NCBI RefSeq assembly: GCF_006345805.1
Contig: NC_043004.1
Location: 91,016,001-91,080,000 of the forward strand
From: Octopus sinensis
Lineage: Eukaryota
DNA: 64,000 nucleotides
Reading direction: 5' to 3'
Shown: positions 24,977 through 37,247 of the stretch, piece by piece
How positions within the stretch are numbered: position 1 is the stretch's first letter
How the letters are laid out: each line of letters starts with the position of its first letter
Made by a program: the position numbers and the translations under genes
Notes under the pieces: generated by a model
What the model was told of the DNA's origin: nothing
Database searches by the model: none
Seen by the model: the letters and a program-made list of their open reading frames with translations, nothing else

Positions 24977-25763
24977 CAGTATTTGCCAGAGTATAAGCTG
25001 CACCCATGTATACCCCCCACCCCGATTTTCAGTCCCTGATGGTGGTGGGGGTCCAGGAATTAACTGGAGCGAATGAAAAGGGAGAAATGTGGGATGAATA
25101 CAAACTTCAATATCATACTCACAAACATTTCCGACAGCAATCATTGATATTCATAATTATTAATGGAAGAAGAGTTCAGGTTTTAAATGCAAGACATAAT
25201 AAGAAAACGTCTTTTCATTATGTTTGCTTATATGATTTATTCATATTGTGATCCTTATATTCTTTCTTGAAAATATGTGGTCCTAAAAAGGACTGACCCT
25301 AATGGCCTTATTGGAGCACCATCATCGGACAGCAGATTTGTCAACCCCAAAGTGATGGCCCGCTACACAGTTTCCAAACACCTCAGCAAACCTGGAAACT
25401 GAGAGCTTGAAGGTGGCTGTGAATGCTCATCTCTGCATGATGACTTGATCGTCGTTGAACTTGAAGAACAATGTAAATGAGTCGCATGGAACTTGAAGAG
25501 CAGAATAGATGAGTCAGTAAAGCTAATTATTGTCCAAACAATAGGATGTAGCTTGATAGCTTCCTTTGATCATTACCATTTTGTTTTCGTATTTACATAG
25601 ACATATTACAAAAAACAAACAAACCAGTGCACTTACTAGTACTTTAAGGTACGGTAATGAAATTCCAATTGATTTGATTTGAATTCCTTTGTAGCATTGG
25701 TGATGGCAATGAAGCTCACCTTTCCTGGTTCAAGATGATTCTGAATAAATGCACTTATCTCCC

Positions 25764-25795
<32 letters not shown>

Positions 25796-26566
25796 GTTTA
25801 ACGTCCGTTCTCCATGCTAGCATGGGTTGGACAGTTCGACCGGGGATCTGGGAAGCCAGAAGGCTGCACCAGGCTCCGGTCTTATCTGGCAATGTTTCTA
25901 CAGCTGGATGCCCTTCCTAATGCCAACCACTCCAATTTTTCATATTCCATTTTAATCTACTTATTACCTAGTAAATACATTTCATCATTCACGCTCATGA
26001 ATAAATCACAGCTCCCCCTCTCTTTCGTTTCTCTACACAATGAGATGTCATACACCGAGGTCACCGAACAATAGCTGTTTACTTTGTAGACCTGACGATT
26101 ACCAAATTCGTACATAATTCATGATAAATCAGAGGGTGAGTCGAATTGCGATCAGCTGCCAATCATAGTACATCTGTTGGACAAAAGCTAAGTCTTTACA
26201 GAAATTCTCGCTACTTTCCTACCAGCACATGTCCCTCTTCTACAGGGCTGCAGCACCATCAAAGCAAAAGCTGTGATTGAGACAATACTGGTGCACGTTG
26301 GCTTGAAATGTGTAATGTTATAAGAGTGTATGGCAGACAAAATGGAAGATGACACTGAAATAAGAATATTTAAATAGTTTTTTTTTACTAGTTTTAATGG
26401 CAAGAATTGTAAGGGGAGCTAGTACTATGTGAATCTTGGATAATTGCATGAAATAATGTCTGGGTTTTAGACCGACTTTTCCTTGAACCCATGTATAAAC
26501 TGTATCCCTCTTTTCCTGGATTTTTCTGTTGGAAAAAAACTGTGGTTAATACACCAGCAAATACGG
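24977..26566. mobile_element. Old Tc2/pogo-type DNA transposon remnant with an inserted RTE tail (25765-25932)
   Basis: TA-flanked 26-bp TIRs: left CAGTATTTGCCAGAGTATAAGCTGCA, right (reverse complement) CCGTATTTGCTGGTGTATTAACCACA. Most differences fit CpG decay. No intact transposase seen. Confidence 0.6.
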
Positions 26567-26575
26567 TACATATAT

Positions 26576-26868
26576 ATAGGTGCCGGTATGACTATGTGCT
26601 AAGACATAGGTGCCGGTATGACTATGTGCTAAGACATAGGTGCAAGTATGACTATGTGCTAAGACATAGGTGCAGGTATGACTATGTGCTAAGACATAGG
26701 TGCCGGTATGACTATGTGCTAAGACATAGGTGCCGGTATGACTATGTGCTAAGACATAGGTGCAAGTATGACTATGTGCTAAGACATAGGTGCAGGTATG
26801 ACTATGTGCTAAGACATAGGTGCCGGTATGACTATGTGCTAAGACATAGGTGCAGGTATGGCTGTGTG
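26576..26868 (+). repeat. 30-bp minisatellite, 9 full units plus a partial unit, with a 120-bp higher-order period
   Basis: Unit ATAGGTGC(C/A)(G/A)GTATGACTATGTGCTAAGAC; the last unit runs into a SINE A body (26851-27215). Confidence 0.97.
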
Positions 26869-28188
26869 TGTTATGAAGCTTACTTCCTAACCACATGGTT
26901 CCAGGTTCCATCCCACTGCATAACACTTTGGGCAAGTGTCTTCTACTTGGGCTGACCAGAGCCTTGTGAGTGGACTTGGTAGATGAAAACTGAAAGAAGT
27001 CTGTTGTATATATGTGTGTGTTTGCCTTTCCCCAACCACTGCTTGACAACTGGTGTTGGTGTGTATACATCCTCATAACTTAGTAATTTGGCAGAAGAGT
27101 CTGATAGAATAAGTACAAGGCTTAAAAAAAAGTACTAGGGTTGATTCATTTGACTAAAAATTCTTCAAGGTGATGCACTAGCATGGCTGCAGTCAAATGA
27201 CTGAAACATGAGAGAGAGAGGGGTCATTTTTCAGTTTCTTTCTACAAGACCCACCCAGAAGGTTCTGGTTGGCCCCGTGCTACAGTAGAAGACACTTTTT
27301 CAAGATACTACACAGTAAGTCTGAACTTGAAACCACATAGTTGGGAAGCAAAACTTCTTAACCACACGGCCATGCCTGCTCCTAGCCATGGCTGTGCTTG
27401 AATGCAGTTGGCATATAGAACTGAATGTGAGGTTGACTTTGCCTTTCAAGGAGTGGTGTTTTTATCCCTGCCACAGGTCAGTACTTTGAAGTATGTGTGT
27501 GTGTGTTTTGTTTGTAATGTATGTATGTATGTATGTATGCATGCATGCATGCATGCACGCACGCATGCACGTATGTGTGTGTGAGTGTGTATATATATAT
27601 ATGATGTATGTATGCATGCTTGTACACATGCTTCTGTACATGCATATGTGGTATGATTTGAGGGAAATGTGATTGCTCTTTCTAGCATTGTTTAGTAACC
27701 ATATAGATGATCACTATGACAGTTAGTGTTGATGAAAGGGGTGGTGGTAGTGAAGAAGTGCCAATGGTAATGACTAAGCAATGGGGAGGGGTAAAGGAGA
27801 TAAAAGAGAAAACAAGGGTGGTGGAGTGATTGTGTGGCTGTGGGGCTGGAAGTGGTAAAGATTAATATTAGTAAAGATGGCAGTAATGGTGGTAGTAGAG
27901 GTAGCAGTGGCTGCAGTAGTTATGGTGGCTGTGGTGATGGTAGTGATACTAATGATGGTGATAGTGTTGGTGGTGATGATAATGGTTGTGATGGTACTAA
28001 TGATAGTGAAATTGAAGAACGAACAGCAAGAGTGGTGGGGGAAGATGTTACAATGGTAATCTATAATTAACCAATTCATATAGGGTTAATTATCAAAGAT
28101 AAGTAAATAATTATCCTATTATATTAGAGGAAGATAAATTCTTGTGTAATTCTGGTAATTGTAATGTGTGTGCGCATATACACACGTT

Positions 28189-28231
<43 letters not shown>

Positions 28232-28514
28232 GTAATACATACATACACACGTCATGAGTTGTAGCAGCAACATTTAGCATTCTAATTTTTGAAGATGGTA
28301 TGGGTTAGGGTTAGGGTGTGTGTGTGTGTGTGTGCATGCGCGCACACATTCAGCTGATGTTAAAATTAAAAAAACAAAATCCAGATTAAATGATAGCAAT
28401 GATGATGACATGATTACAAAGCCAACAATGCCATCATCACCATCATCATAATTGAACAGCTGTTTTTCCATACTCACATGGGTTGTATATGTGTATGGAT
28501 ATCTATCTACATCT

Positions 28515-28556
<42 letters not shown>

Positions 28557-28589
28557 ATATATACATATATATATACATATATATATATA

Positions 28590-28994
28590 CTCATTTTTTC
28601 TCTTTTTTATATGTTTCAGTCATTTGATTGTAGCCATGCCGGAGCACCACCTTTAGTCGAGCAAATCGACCCCGGGACTTATTCTTTGTAAGCCCAGTAC
28701 TTATTTTATCGGTCTCTTTTGTCGAACCGCTAAGTGAAGGGGACGTAAACACACCAGCATCGGTTGTCAAGCAATGCTAGGGGTACAAACACAGACACAA
28801 ACACATACACATACATACATATACATATATACGATAGGCTTCTTTCAGTTTCCGTCTACCAAATCCACTCACAAGGCATTGGTCGGTCCGGGGCTATAGC
28901 AGAAGACACTTGCCCAAGATGCCATGCAGTGGGACTGAACCTGGAACCATGTGGTTCGTAAGCAAGCTACTTACCACACAGCCACTCCTGCGCC
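28590..28994 (-). mobile_element. tRNA-head SINE, family A (full length)
   Basis: Reverse complement of family A. Confidence 0.88.
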
Positions 28995-29480
28995 TATATA
29001 TATTTATATATCGAAGAGTTAAGGAATGGAGTAGATACAATCCAAGCTACACCTCAATCCTTGGATCTTACATTTATATATCTATATCATCATCATCGTT
29101 TAACGTCTGACTTCCATGCTGGCATGGGTGGATAATAGAGAGTTTGGAGCAATATATTATCCAGGCAAATAACATTTTCATTTAAGTTCCAGTTAAAGGA
29201 TAACCACAATGATCAGTATCTAATATCTGTGACTACAATTAGTTGTTAGTTGCTCTGTAAATTCTTCCAATGGGTAATCCCATGTATCCTTCTTCATTGG
29301 ATGGAAAAAATTGTCTGGAGTATATATTAATATTATTAATAATAAAATGGAGATTTGTACATCCACAAAATTTATTTTTTAGTTATATACAGCATATCAT
29401 TATATGCTGTATATAACTACATAAATTTTGTGGATGTACAAGTCTCTATACTCTTTATCATATATATATATATATATATA

Positions 29481-31924
29481 GAAGATGTAGCAGAAAAGAA
29501 GAAGTTTGCCAATGTCCAGCGACGCGAGGACCAAAGAGCTGAGGTATTTCGGATTGCCAGACAGTGTGTCAGAGAAAATAGTGATGTTACAGGAGAGAAA
29601 TGTGTCCGCATGGATGATGGGGCACTTGCTTTTACTGTTAGTGAAAAGAAAGAGGCTTGGAGAAGCCATTATGAAAGACTGCTGAATGAGGAGAATGAAT
29701 GGGAGGAGGAGAGCCTGCCAAATGTTGACCCAGTAGAGGGACTAGCTACCCAAATAGACAGCTCCCTTGTAGATAAGGCAATTAAGGATATGAAACCAGG
29801 TAAAGCCCCCGGCCCATCAGGAATCACTGCTGAGATGCTTAAAACAGCTGGCTATGTGGGCTATGGCATAGTCACCCGCATTGTAAACCAGGTAGTTCAC
29901 AATGGAGTCATACCCAATGACTGGCGCAGCAGCACCATAGTCAACTGCTACAAGGGTAAGGGTGATGCTCTAGATAGAAATAACTACAGGGGTATCAAAC
30001 TGTTGGACCAGGTGATGAAGGTCTCAGAGAGGGTCATAACCCATCTCATTAGGGAGAGAATTTGCTTAGATGAAATGCAGTTCGGTTTTGTACCAGGTAG
30101 AAGCACCACTGATGCTATATTCCTGGTCCGACAACTGCAGGAGAAGTACCTAGCTAAAGATAAACCCCTCTACATAGCTTTTGTGGACTTGGAGAAAGCC
30201 TTTGACAGGGTTCCCCGTTCCCTTATCTGGTGGTCGATGCGGAAACTGGAGATTGACGAATGGCTAATAAGGGCTGTACAGGCTCTATACAGAGAGGCTG
30301 TCAGCAAGGTTAGGATTGGCAACGAATATAGTGAAGAATTCCAGGTAGAAGTAGGTGTGCACCAGGGCTCAGCCCTCAGTCCCCTTTTACTCATCATAGT
30401 CCTCCAGGCAATAACAGAGGAATTCAAAACAGGATGCCCCTGGGAGCTCCTCTATGCTGATGACCTAGCTCTCATAGCAGAATCACTACCGGAACTAGAA
30501 AAGAAATTTCGGGTGTGGAAGCAAGGGTTAGAATCAAAGGGCCTTAGAGTAAATGTAGCAAAAACCAAAGTAATAGTAAGCAGCAAGGCGTACTCAGCAC
30601 ACACCCCCTCGGGTAGGTGGCCCTGCTCAATCTGTAGGAAAGGTACAGGTAGAAACTCCATAAGATCACCCAATGTAAGCTATGGACGCATAAGAGGTGC
30701 AGCAACATTAAAGGGAAATTAACAGATAAGATAGCTTTCATGTGCGGCAGATGCACAGGGGCAAGAGACACAACAGACACTCAGAAAACAGATTCCATCA
30801 CACTCCAGGGAGAGAAACTAGAAGTAGTTGATAGTTTCCGCTACCTGGGTGACCAAGTTAGTAGCGGAGGTGGATGCACAGAGAGTATCACCACTAGAAT
30901 ACGAATAGCCTGGGCAAAGTTCAGAAAGCTCCTACCCCTACTGGCGACAAAGGGTCTCTCCCTCAGAGCGAAAGGTAGATTGTATGATGCATGTGTGCGA
31001 ACTGCCATGCTTCACGGTAATGAAACATGGGCTGTGACTGCAGAGGACATGCGTAGACTTGAAAGAAATGAAGCTAGCATGATCCGCTGGATGTGTAGTG
31101 TCAGTGTGCACACACGACAGAGCGTAAGTGCCCTGAGAGAAATGCTGGATATAAGAAGCATCAGATGTGGTGTGCAAGAGCGACGCTTGCGATGGTATGG
31201 TCGTGTGCTGCGGATGGATGAAGAGAGATGTGTGAAGAAGTGCCACTCCCAAACAGTTGAAGGTATCAGGGGGAGAGGTAGACCCAGGAAGACATGGGAT
31301 GAGGTAGTCAAGCATGACCTCAGAGCATTGGGCCTCACTGAGGCAATGGCGAAGGACCGAGATCTCTGGAGATATGCTGTGACTGCAAAGACCCGGGCTG
31401 CTTCCTGCATCAGTTCCACATAGCCCCTGCCCATTCAAAGTACCCCGGATCCCAGATCGTCCTGCTGTGCCTGAGGAGACCTGTTGAGTCAAGTACATGA
31501 ACATGAACGTCAAAATAAATATCAATGGAAATAGGAGTTATGATGCCTGTGCCGGTGGCACATAAAAAGTACTATCCGAACGTGGCCGATGCCAGCGCTG
31601 CCCCGACTGGCCTCTGTGCTGGTAAGACCATCCGAACATTGCCAGCGCCGCCTTGGCTGGCTCCCGTGCCGCTGGCACGTTAAAAGCTCGAACCGATCGT
31701 GACCGATGCCGGACCCCCCCGGCCCCTGTGCAGGTGGCACGTAAAAAGCACCCACTCCACTCGCGGAGTGGTTGGCGTTAGGAAGGGCATCCAGCTGTAG
31801 AAACTCTGCCAGATCAGACTGGAGCCTGGAGCGGCCTCTGGCTTACCAGACCCCGGTCGAACCGTCCAACCCGTGCTAGCACGGAAAACGGACGTTAAAT
31901 GATGATGATGATGATGATGATGAT

Positions 31925-31926
<2 letters not shown>
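29481..31926 (+). mobile_element. 5'-truncated RTE-clade LINE: RT domain, C-terminus, 3' UTR and (GAT)n tail
   Basis: ORF 29355-30722 contains FVPGRSTTDAIF, FVDLEKAFDRV, GVHQGSALSPLL and LYADDL. A 1-nt deletion at about 30667 shifts into ORF 30740-31423 (VDSFRYLG, RRLRWYG, GRPRKTW). The 3' UTR is the source of the many tail copies. Confidence 0.95.
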
Positions 31927-31982
<56 letters not shown>

Positions 31983-31984
<2 letters not shown>

Positions 31985-33289
31985 TTAGGTCATCAAGTAT
32001 GAATATGTAGAAAAGAAAAAAAAGTTTGCTAATGTTTTGTAAATACAAGGAATAGTTTTATTCATCAAAGTATGCACCCATATTGTCAATACATTTTTGC
32101 CATTTCAGCCAAACCACACATCGCAAAAATGACATTGGCAAAACTACAGGAGTTGGAGTTGGAAGTTCTCCATCATCCACCATACTCACCTGATCTTGCC
32201 CCCACTGACTACCACTTCTTCCAGAATTTGGATAAGTTTTTGATAGGAAAATAATTTGATTCTGACGATGCTGTAAAACAGGCCTTCCAAGGTTTTAGTG
32301 ATTCTAGATTGCCAGGCTTTTACAGTTCTGGGCTGCCAATGTCATTTTTGCAATGTGTGGTTTGGCGTTGTCTTGCAATTAAATAGAAGTGGATCTGTTG
32401 ACTAATCTAGGTTGTTTTTTGGTAAGTTTCTGCATCATTTGGTCCAGCTGGCTGCAGTGTACTTCAGCCATGATTGATAAGACAGGTTTAATGAAGTCAT
32501 AATGGATCACACCTGCACCAGATTACCAAACACATACCATCAGCTTCTTTTGATGAAATTTGCTTTTGGACTGTGTTTTGGTGGCTCATCTTTGTCCAGC
32601 CATTATACTGAACGTATACGATTGTTGTATTGGATCCATTTCTCATCATATGTTACAATTCAATTCAAAAATGATACATTTTTGTGACAAAAAAGTAGCA
32701 TAATGCAGGTTCCCAAATATCGCTGTTTCTGGCTTTCATTGAGTTCATGTGGAACCCACTTATCCAACTTTTTCACTTTACCAATTTGAACTAGGTGAGT
32801 CAGTATTGTTTGCTTGCTAACACCAAACAACAACGATAATTCACAGGCACTTTGAGATGGATCTGACTCGATGGTGGCTTTCAGTTCGTCATTATCCACC
32901 TTTGTTTCTGGGCGACCACATTACTCATTTGTGAGGTCAAAGTTACCAGAACGAAATTTTGCAAACCAATTTGATACTGTCTGCTGTGTAATAACATTAG
33001 AATGAAATACTCCATTAATACTCTGAGCTGTCTGTAATGTTGTATTTCCAAGAAGGAACTTATATTTCAAAACTATACGAATTTCCGACTTATCCATCTC
33101 TAAACAAAAACAGCAAAAAAGGATTTATAAATACACTATAATGCACAAAATGAGTTAGAATAAAGAAATAGATGTGTCAGCTTAAAAAAAAAAATTAAAG
33201 ATTGTCAAAATATAATAATGGCGCAAAATGAGCAGCTGCCACGATTTACCATATACCTTACTATAAATTTCCTACTCGACAACCTAATA
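31983..33289 (-). mobile_element. Full-length (1.3 kb) decayed mariner with an internal inversion
   Basis: TIRs TATTAGGTCATCAAGTATGAA (31983) and reverse-complement TATTAGGTTGTCGAGTAGGAA (33289). Minus-strand KLDKWVPHEL and KWQKCIDNMGAYFD; the HPPYSPDLAPTDYHFF segment is on the plus strand. Confidence 0.9.
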
Positions 33290-34914
33290 GATTGATAGAT
33301 AGACAGGCAGATAGAAACTACCCTTTTACTGTTATTATTGTAGAAATTTTCATGTGGTCTTGGTTTGGACAACTACCTTAGCACAAATATCAGCAAGAAT
33401 ACTTAAATATTCTTTTTTCACATAAGGCCACCAGATCTCATTAGCAAAGCAGGACATTTGGTTCTAATCATACTTTTTAACTTTGGTATGGTCTCTTAGC
33501 CAGAGCACAGACAAGGGAGTAGAGCCACTGTAGCTGGAAACAAGTTTTGCATAAAGTCCTTTCAGTTATAATGAAAATAATGAAAGCATATCTTTACAGT
33601 AAACACTGCTGTAAACTGTCAATCTCTTTTGTTCACAAAAATATCTCGAGGCAGCAATTGCTTATAAAAATCAAAAAATCAGCACAACACCCATGACTTA
33701 TTGAAACATTTTTCATGCTCAGAATTGTTGAAGCATGAAATAAACTACTTGCACCAGTTGTTTGCTGTTAGGACACTGTAACCAGTGTTCTTTCTAAGTC
33801 ACATGCATGTGTGTACACACATATTTTACAACTAGGAAAGGTGCATACACAATGTTTCGAAATGAAATCAGATAGTTTTAACTGAAGGAATTTAAGGAAT
33901 GATTTCTCAAATGGATTTCACAAAAAAAGATGAAAAATTTGAACACAATTCAAAATTTCTTTGCACACCCACAGCAAAACCATTTGAGAAAACATTGACT
34001 GGTGACTCTACTTCCATCCTCATCACACTACTAACCCTCTCTCACAAAGCCTGTGCATAAGAAATTGCACAGGATCATCCTCATCACTCAAGAGCTCTAT
34101 ATAAGAGACAACATTGAACCATTTGTACTCAATACATTCTATTTCACTCTTTCTGTACTGCCATCCATCACCCTCTTTCACCTCTGGATCATGTCTATTA
34201 TCACCCATTGCCTAGTCACCTCTGCCATTACCCATCACTCTCCTCTCATCACCACTTCAATAACTCTGTCTCTACCACCCTACTCTTGCTCCTTTTATCG
34301 ACCTATTCTGGACAATTGCTGTTCCCCTCCTTGATTGCATTACTTGAGCAAAAATACACATCTCAGTTTACTGAGTATTTTCTACACTTAGAGATTACAA
34401 GGTACCTTCTTGCATAAGCTGGTGCTAAAATGAAAGGCCTTTCCTTTTGCATACCCTCTTGAGTGATTTGGTGAGCAAGCAGAAGTACAGACCAGTCTAA
34501 CCAAGGACCTGATAACCTCCTTGGTGTTGGTGCCTGAAAAAATACATCTAGCACAAACCAAAAGGTGGATGACAAATGAGTTAGAGAAAATGTAAGGTTA
34601 AATGATTTCTTTATTTCAATCTCACTGAGGACTTGTCAACTTCTCTAGCGTTGGTGCTATGATAAAATACATCCATTAGACTTCATGAAATGGTTGGTAC
34701 CAGAAAGAATATTTAGCCATAGAAACCTAGCCAAAATGACATATACAAGCTCCAGTCTATGGGAGCAATGGTTCTCAATAAGAAATGACTTGGGTTGAAA
34801 TGGGTTCCATGCCAGCATGGAAAGCAGATGTAAAATTATGCTGATGATGCTATATATATACATATATACATGCTTAAAAATGTGTGTATACACACACACC
34901 ACACACACACCATG

Positions 34915-35280
34915 CGTTCGTGGCCGTTGCCAGCCTCATCTGGCCTCCGTGCTGGTGGCATGTAGCACCATCCATTCGTGGCCGTTGCCAGCCTCGCCTG
35001 GCCCCCGTGCCGGTGGCACGTAAAAAGCACCATCCGATCGTGGCCGTTGCCAGCCTCACCTGGCCCCCGTACCGGTGGCACGTAAAAAGCACCATCCGAT
35101 CGTGGCCGTTTGGCAGCCTCGTCTGGCACCTGTGCGGGTGGCACGTAAAAAGCACCCACTACACTCACGGAGTGGTTGGCGTTAGGAAGGGCATCCAGCT
35201 GTAGAAACATTGTCAGATCAGACTGGGCCTGGTGCAGCCTTCTGGCTTCCCAGACCCCAGTTGCACCGTCCAACCCATGC
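34915..35280 (+). mobile_element. RTE LINE 3' UTR copy with ~60-bp internal tandem repeats
   Basis: Repeats of CGTGGCCGTTGCCAGCCTC...GGTGGCACGTAAAAAGCACCATCCGAT; (GAT)n tail. Confidence 0.85.
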
Positions 35281-35884
35281 TAGCATGGAAAACGGATGTT
35301 AAATGATGATGATGATGATAATAAAGTTTTGTCTTACCTCTGGGAGAATGCTAGAGAAAATGGATAACCTAGTGCTCGAGTTTCGGACTTTCCAGAATGT
35401 TTGTTATTATAAATCTGGTTAGTCTTTGTCAGTTAGGTTTACCAAAGACAAAATTTAAAATATCTGCTACATCAATTGCAGATATATACTCAGCTGATAG
35501 TTCAAGCCATAAACAGAACCGAGAACTGTGAAAATTTTATATTAAAAATTATACGTTGGGGCAGGCATAGCTGTGTATTTAGGAAGTTTGCTTTCCAATC
35601 GCATGGGTTCATGTTCAATCCCACAGCATGGCATCTTGGGAAAATATCATCTACTATAGTCACAGGTTGACTAAACTCTTGAGAAGAGATAATGATAGAG
35701 AGGAACTGAAAGAAACCTATCATATGGCTGTGTGGTAAGAGCCTTGCTTCCCAACAACATGGTTCAAGGTTCAGTCCCGCAGGCAAAGTCTCTTCTACTA
35801 TAGCCTTGTGCCAACTAAAACCTTGAGTGGAACTGGTAGACTGAAACTGAAAGAAGCCAGTTGTATATATATATATATACAAAA

Positions 35885-36087
35885 TGTGACCTCGTGTGTA
35901 CCGTTGGCGATTTTTTCCCTCTGTCTTCCCTTCCCTGGATCTTTCGTTCTACTATGTTTCCGATGAAGAGCTCTGCTCGAAACATTAAACCCTCCTTCTA
36001 TCCTTCTTTCCTGAGCGTCCAATAATACTATATTTGTTCCACGTCCTCACGTTGTTGTGTTTTTATTTTGTGCTTTCTTGTTTGGAT

Positions 36088-36095
<8 letters not shown>
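35885..36095 (+). mobile_element. (TA)n-embedded repeat with a hammerhead-like motif (Penelope pLTR-like); related copies at 10455-10580 and 39118-39262
   Basis: Three homologous copies starting ATGTGACC.C.TGTGTA.CGTTGGC, two of them ending TTTGGATTAAC(TA)n. Motif GTTT-C(C/T)GA(C/T)GA-A-GAGC-TC(C/T)-GCTC-GAAAC. Confidence 0.65.
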
Positions 36096-36122
<27 letters not shown>

Positions 36123-36153
36123 CTTCATAATTTGTAACTGAATTATTGGAAGT

Positions 36154-36196
36154 CCACCTGAAGATTGTCGATCAAGACAAGAAACGATTGTAGTGG
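36154..36196 (+). ncRNA. Type I minimal hammerhead ribozyme motif (predicted cleavage after 36192)
   Basis: CCAC / CTGAAGA / TTGTC-GATCAA-GACAA / GAAAC-GATT-GTA / GTGG: 4-bp stem I, intact core, 5-bp stem II, 2-bp stem III, GUA triplet. Confidence 0.8.
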
Positions 36197-36568
36197 CAGT
36201 TTTTTTGACTATTTATTAAAATTTTATGTATTGATTAAGTCTTTCCTTGTTTGTTTTACAAAATAGTGGTTTTGTCTCTAATAATATTAACTATATATAT
36301 ATATATATAATGTGTGTGTATGCATGTGTGTGTGTGTGTGTGTCTCTGTTAGTTCCCTGCATTGCTTGACAACCAGTATTGGTGTGTCTGCATCCTTATA
36401 ACTTAGCAATTCAGCATAAGAGTATAATAAAATAAGTGCTGAATTTTATGAAAAAAACATAAGTACTGGGGTTGATTCCTTCGACTAACAATTTTTCAAG
36501 GTGGTGCCAAAGCATGGCCACAGTCTGATGACTGAAACAAGTAAAAGATAAAAGACATGTAAACATTT

Positions 36569-36599
<31 letters not shown>

Positions 36600-36678
36600 T
36601 GTAGCCATGTAGAAGTGTCTCTGCTTGTATCTCCTTGTCTTGACATCATATGATAGTGAGTAGAGTATTCGAGATAAA

Positions 36679-37066
36679 CAGGAGTGGCTGTGTGGTAAGT
36701 AGCTTGCTAACCAACCACATGGTTCCGGGTTCAGTCCCACTGTGTGGCATCTTGGGCAAGTGTCTTCTGCTATAGCCCCGGGCCGACCAATGCCTTGTGA
36801 GTGGATTTGGTAGACGCAAACTGAAAGAAGCCTGTCGTATATATGTATATATATATATGTATGTGTGTGTGTTTGTGTGTCTGTGTTTGTCCCTCTGGTG
36901 TGTTTACGTCCCCGTCACTTAGTGGTTCGGCAAAAGAGACCGATAGAATAAGTACTGGGCTTACAAAGAATAAGTCCCGGGGTCGATTTGCTCGACTAAA
37001 GGCGGTGCTCCAGCATGGCCGCAGTCAAATGACTGAAACAAGTAAAAGAGTAAAAGAGTAAAGAGA
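36679..37066 (+). mobile_element. tRNA-head SINE, family A
   Basis: Family A match with a short internal deletion. Confidence 0.85.
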
Positions 37067-37214
37067 TATCTGGACATGGGGAAACATTATCTTGCCTGGA
37101 AATAGGAGAAGATTGATGGCAGGAAGGGCATCAGACTATAGAAAATTTGCCTGACTGACGTCCACCTGATCCATGCAAGCATGGAAAAGTGGACATATAA
37201 ACAACGATGATCTC

Positions 37215-37247
<33 letters not shown>

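Noticed and set aside
26576-26868. 30-bp repeat array as a CRISPR array or repeat protein (ORFs 26491-26955 and 26546-27076)
   Set aside because: The units are directly adjacent with no unique spacers, there are no cas genes and the context is eukaryotic. The HRCRYDYVLR repeat is simply the translation of a stop-free minisatellite.
29355-29480. N-terminus of the 455-aa ORF as a real protein start
   Set aside because: It reads through AT-rich flank and a (TA)n run; RTE homology begins at about 29481, the 5' truncation point.
34400-34534. Possible extra Hillarin exon (minus-strand TTTTTTCAG acceptor, APTPRRLSGPW...)
   Set aside because: The available donors give phase 1 or 2 inside a phase-0 intron, there is no recognisable similarity, and exon B already joins exon C sensibly. 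At most a poison exon; needs RNA data.
35330-35470. Strong minus-strand GTAAGA donor as an alternative exon
   Set aside because: The phase-0 frame has an upstream stop and no ATG, and I found no supporting acceptor.
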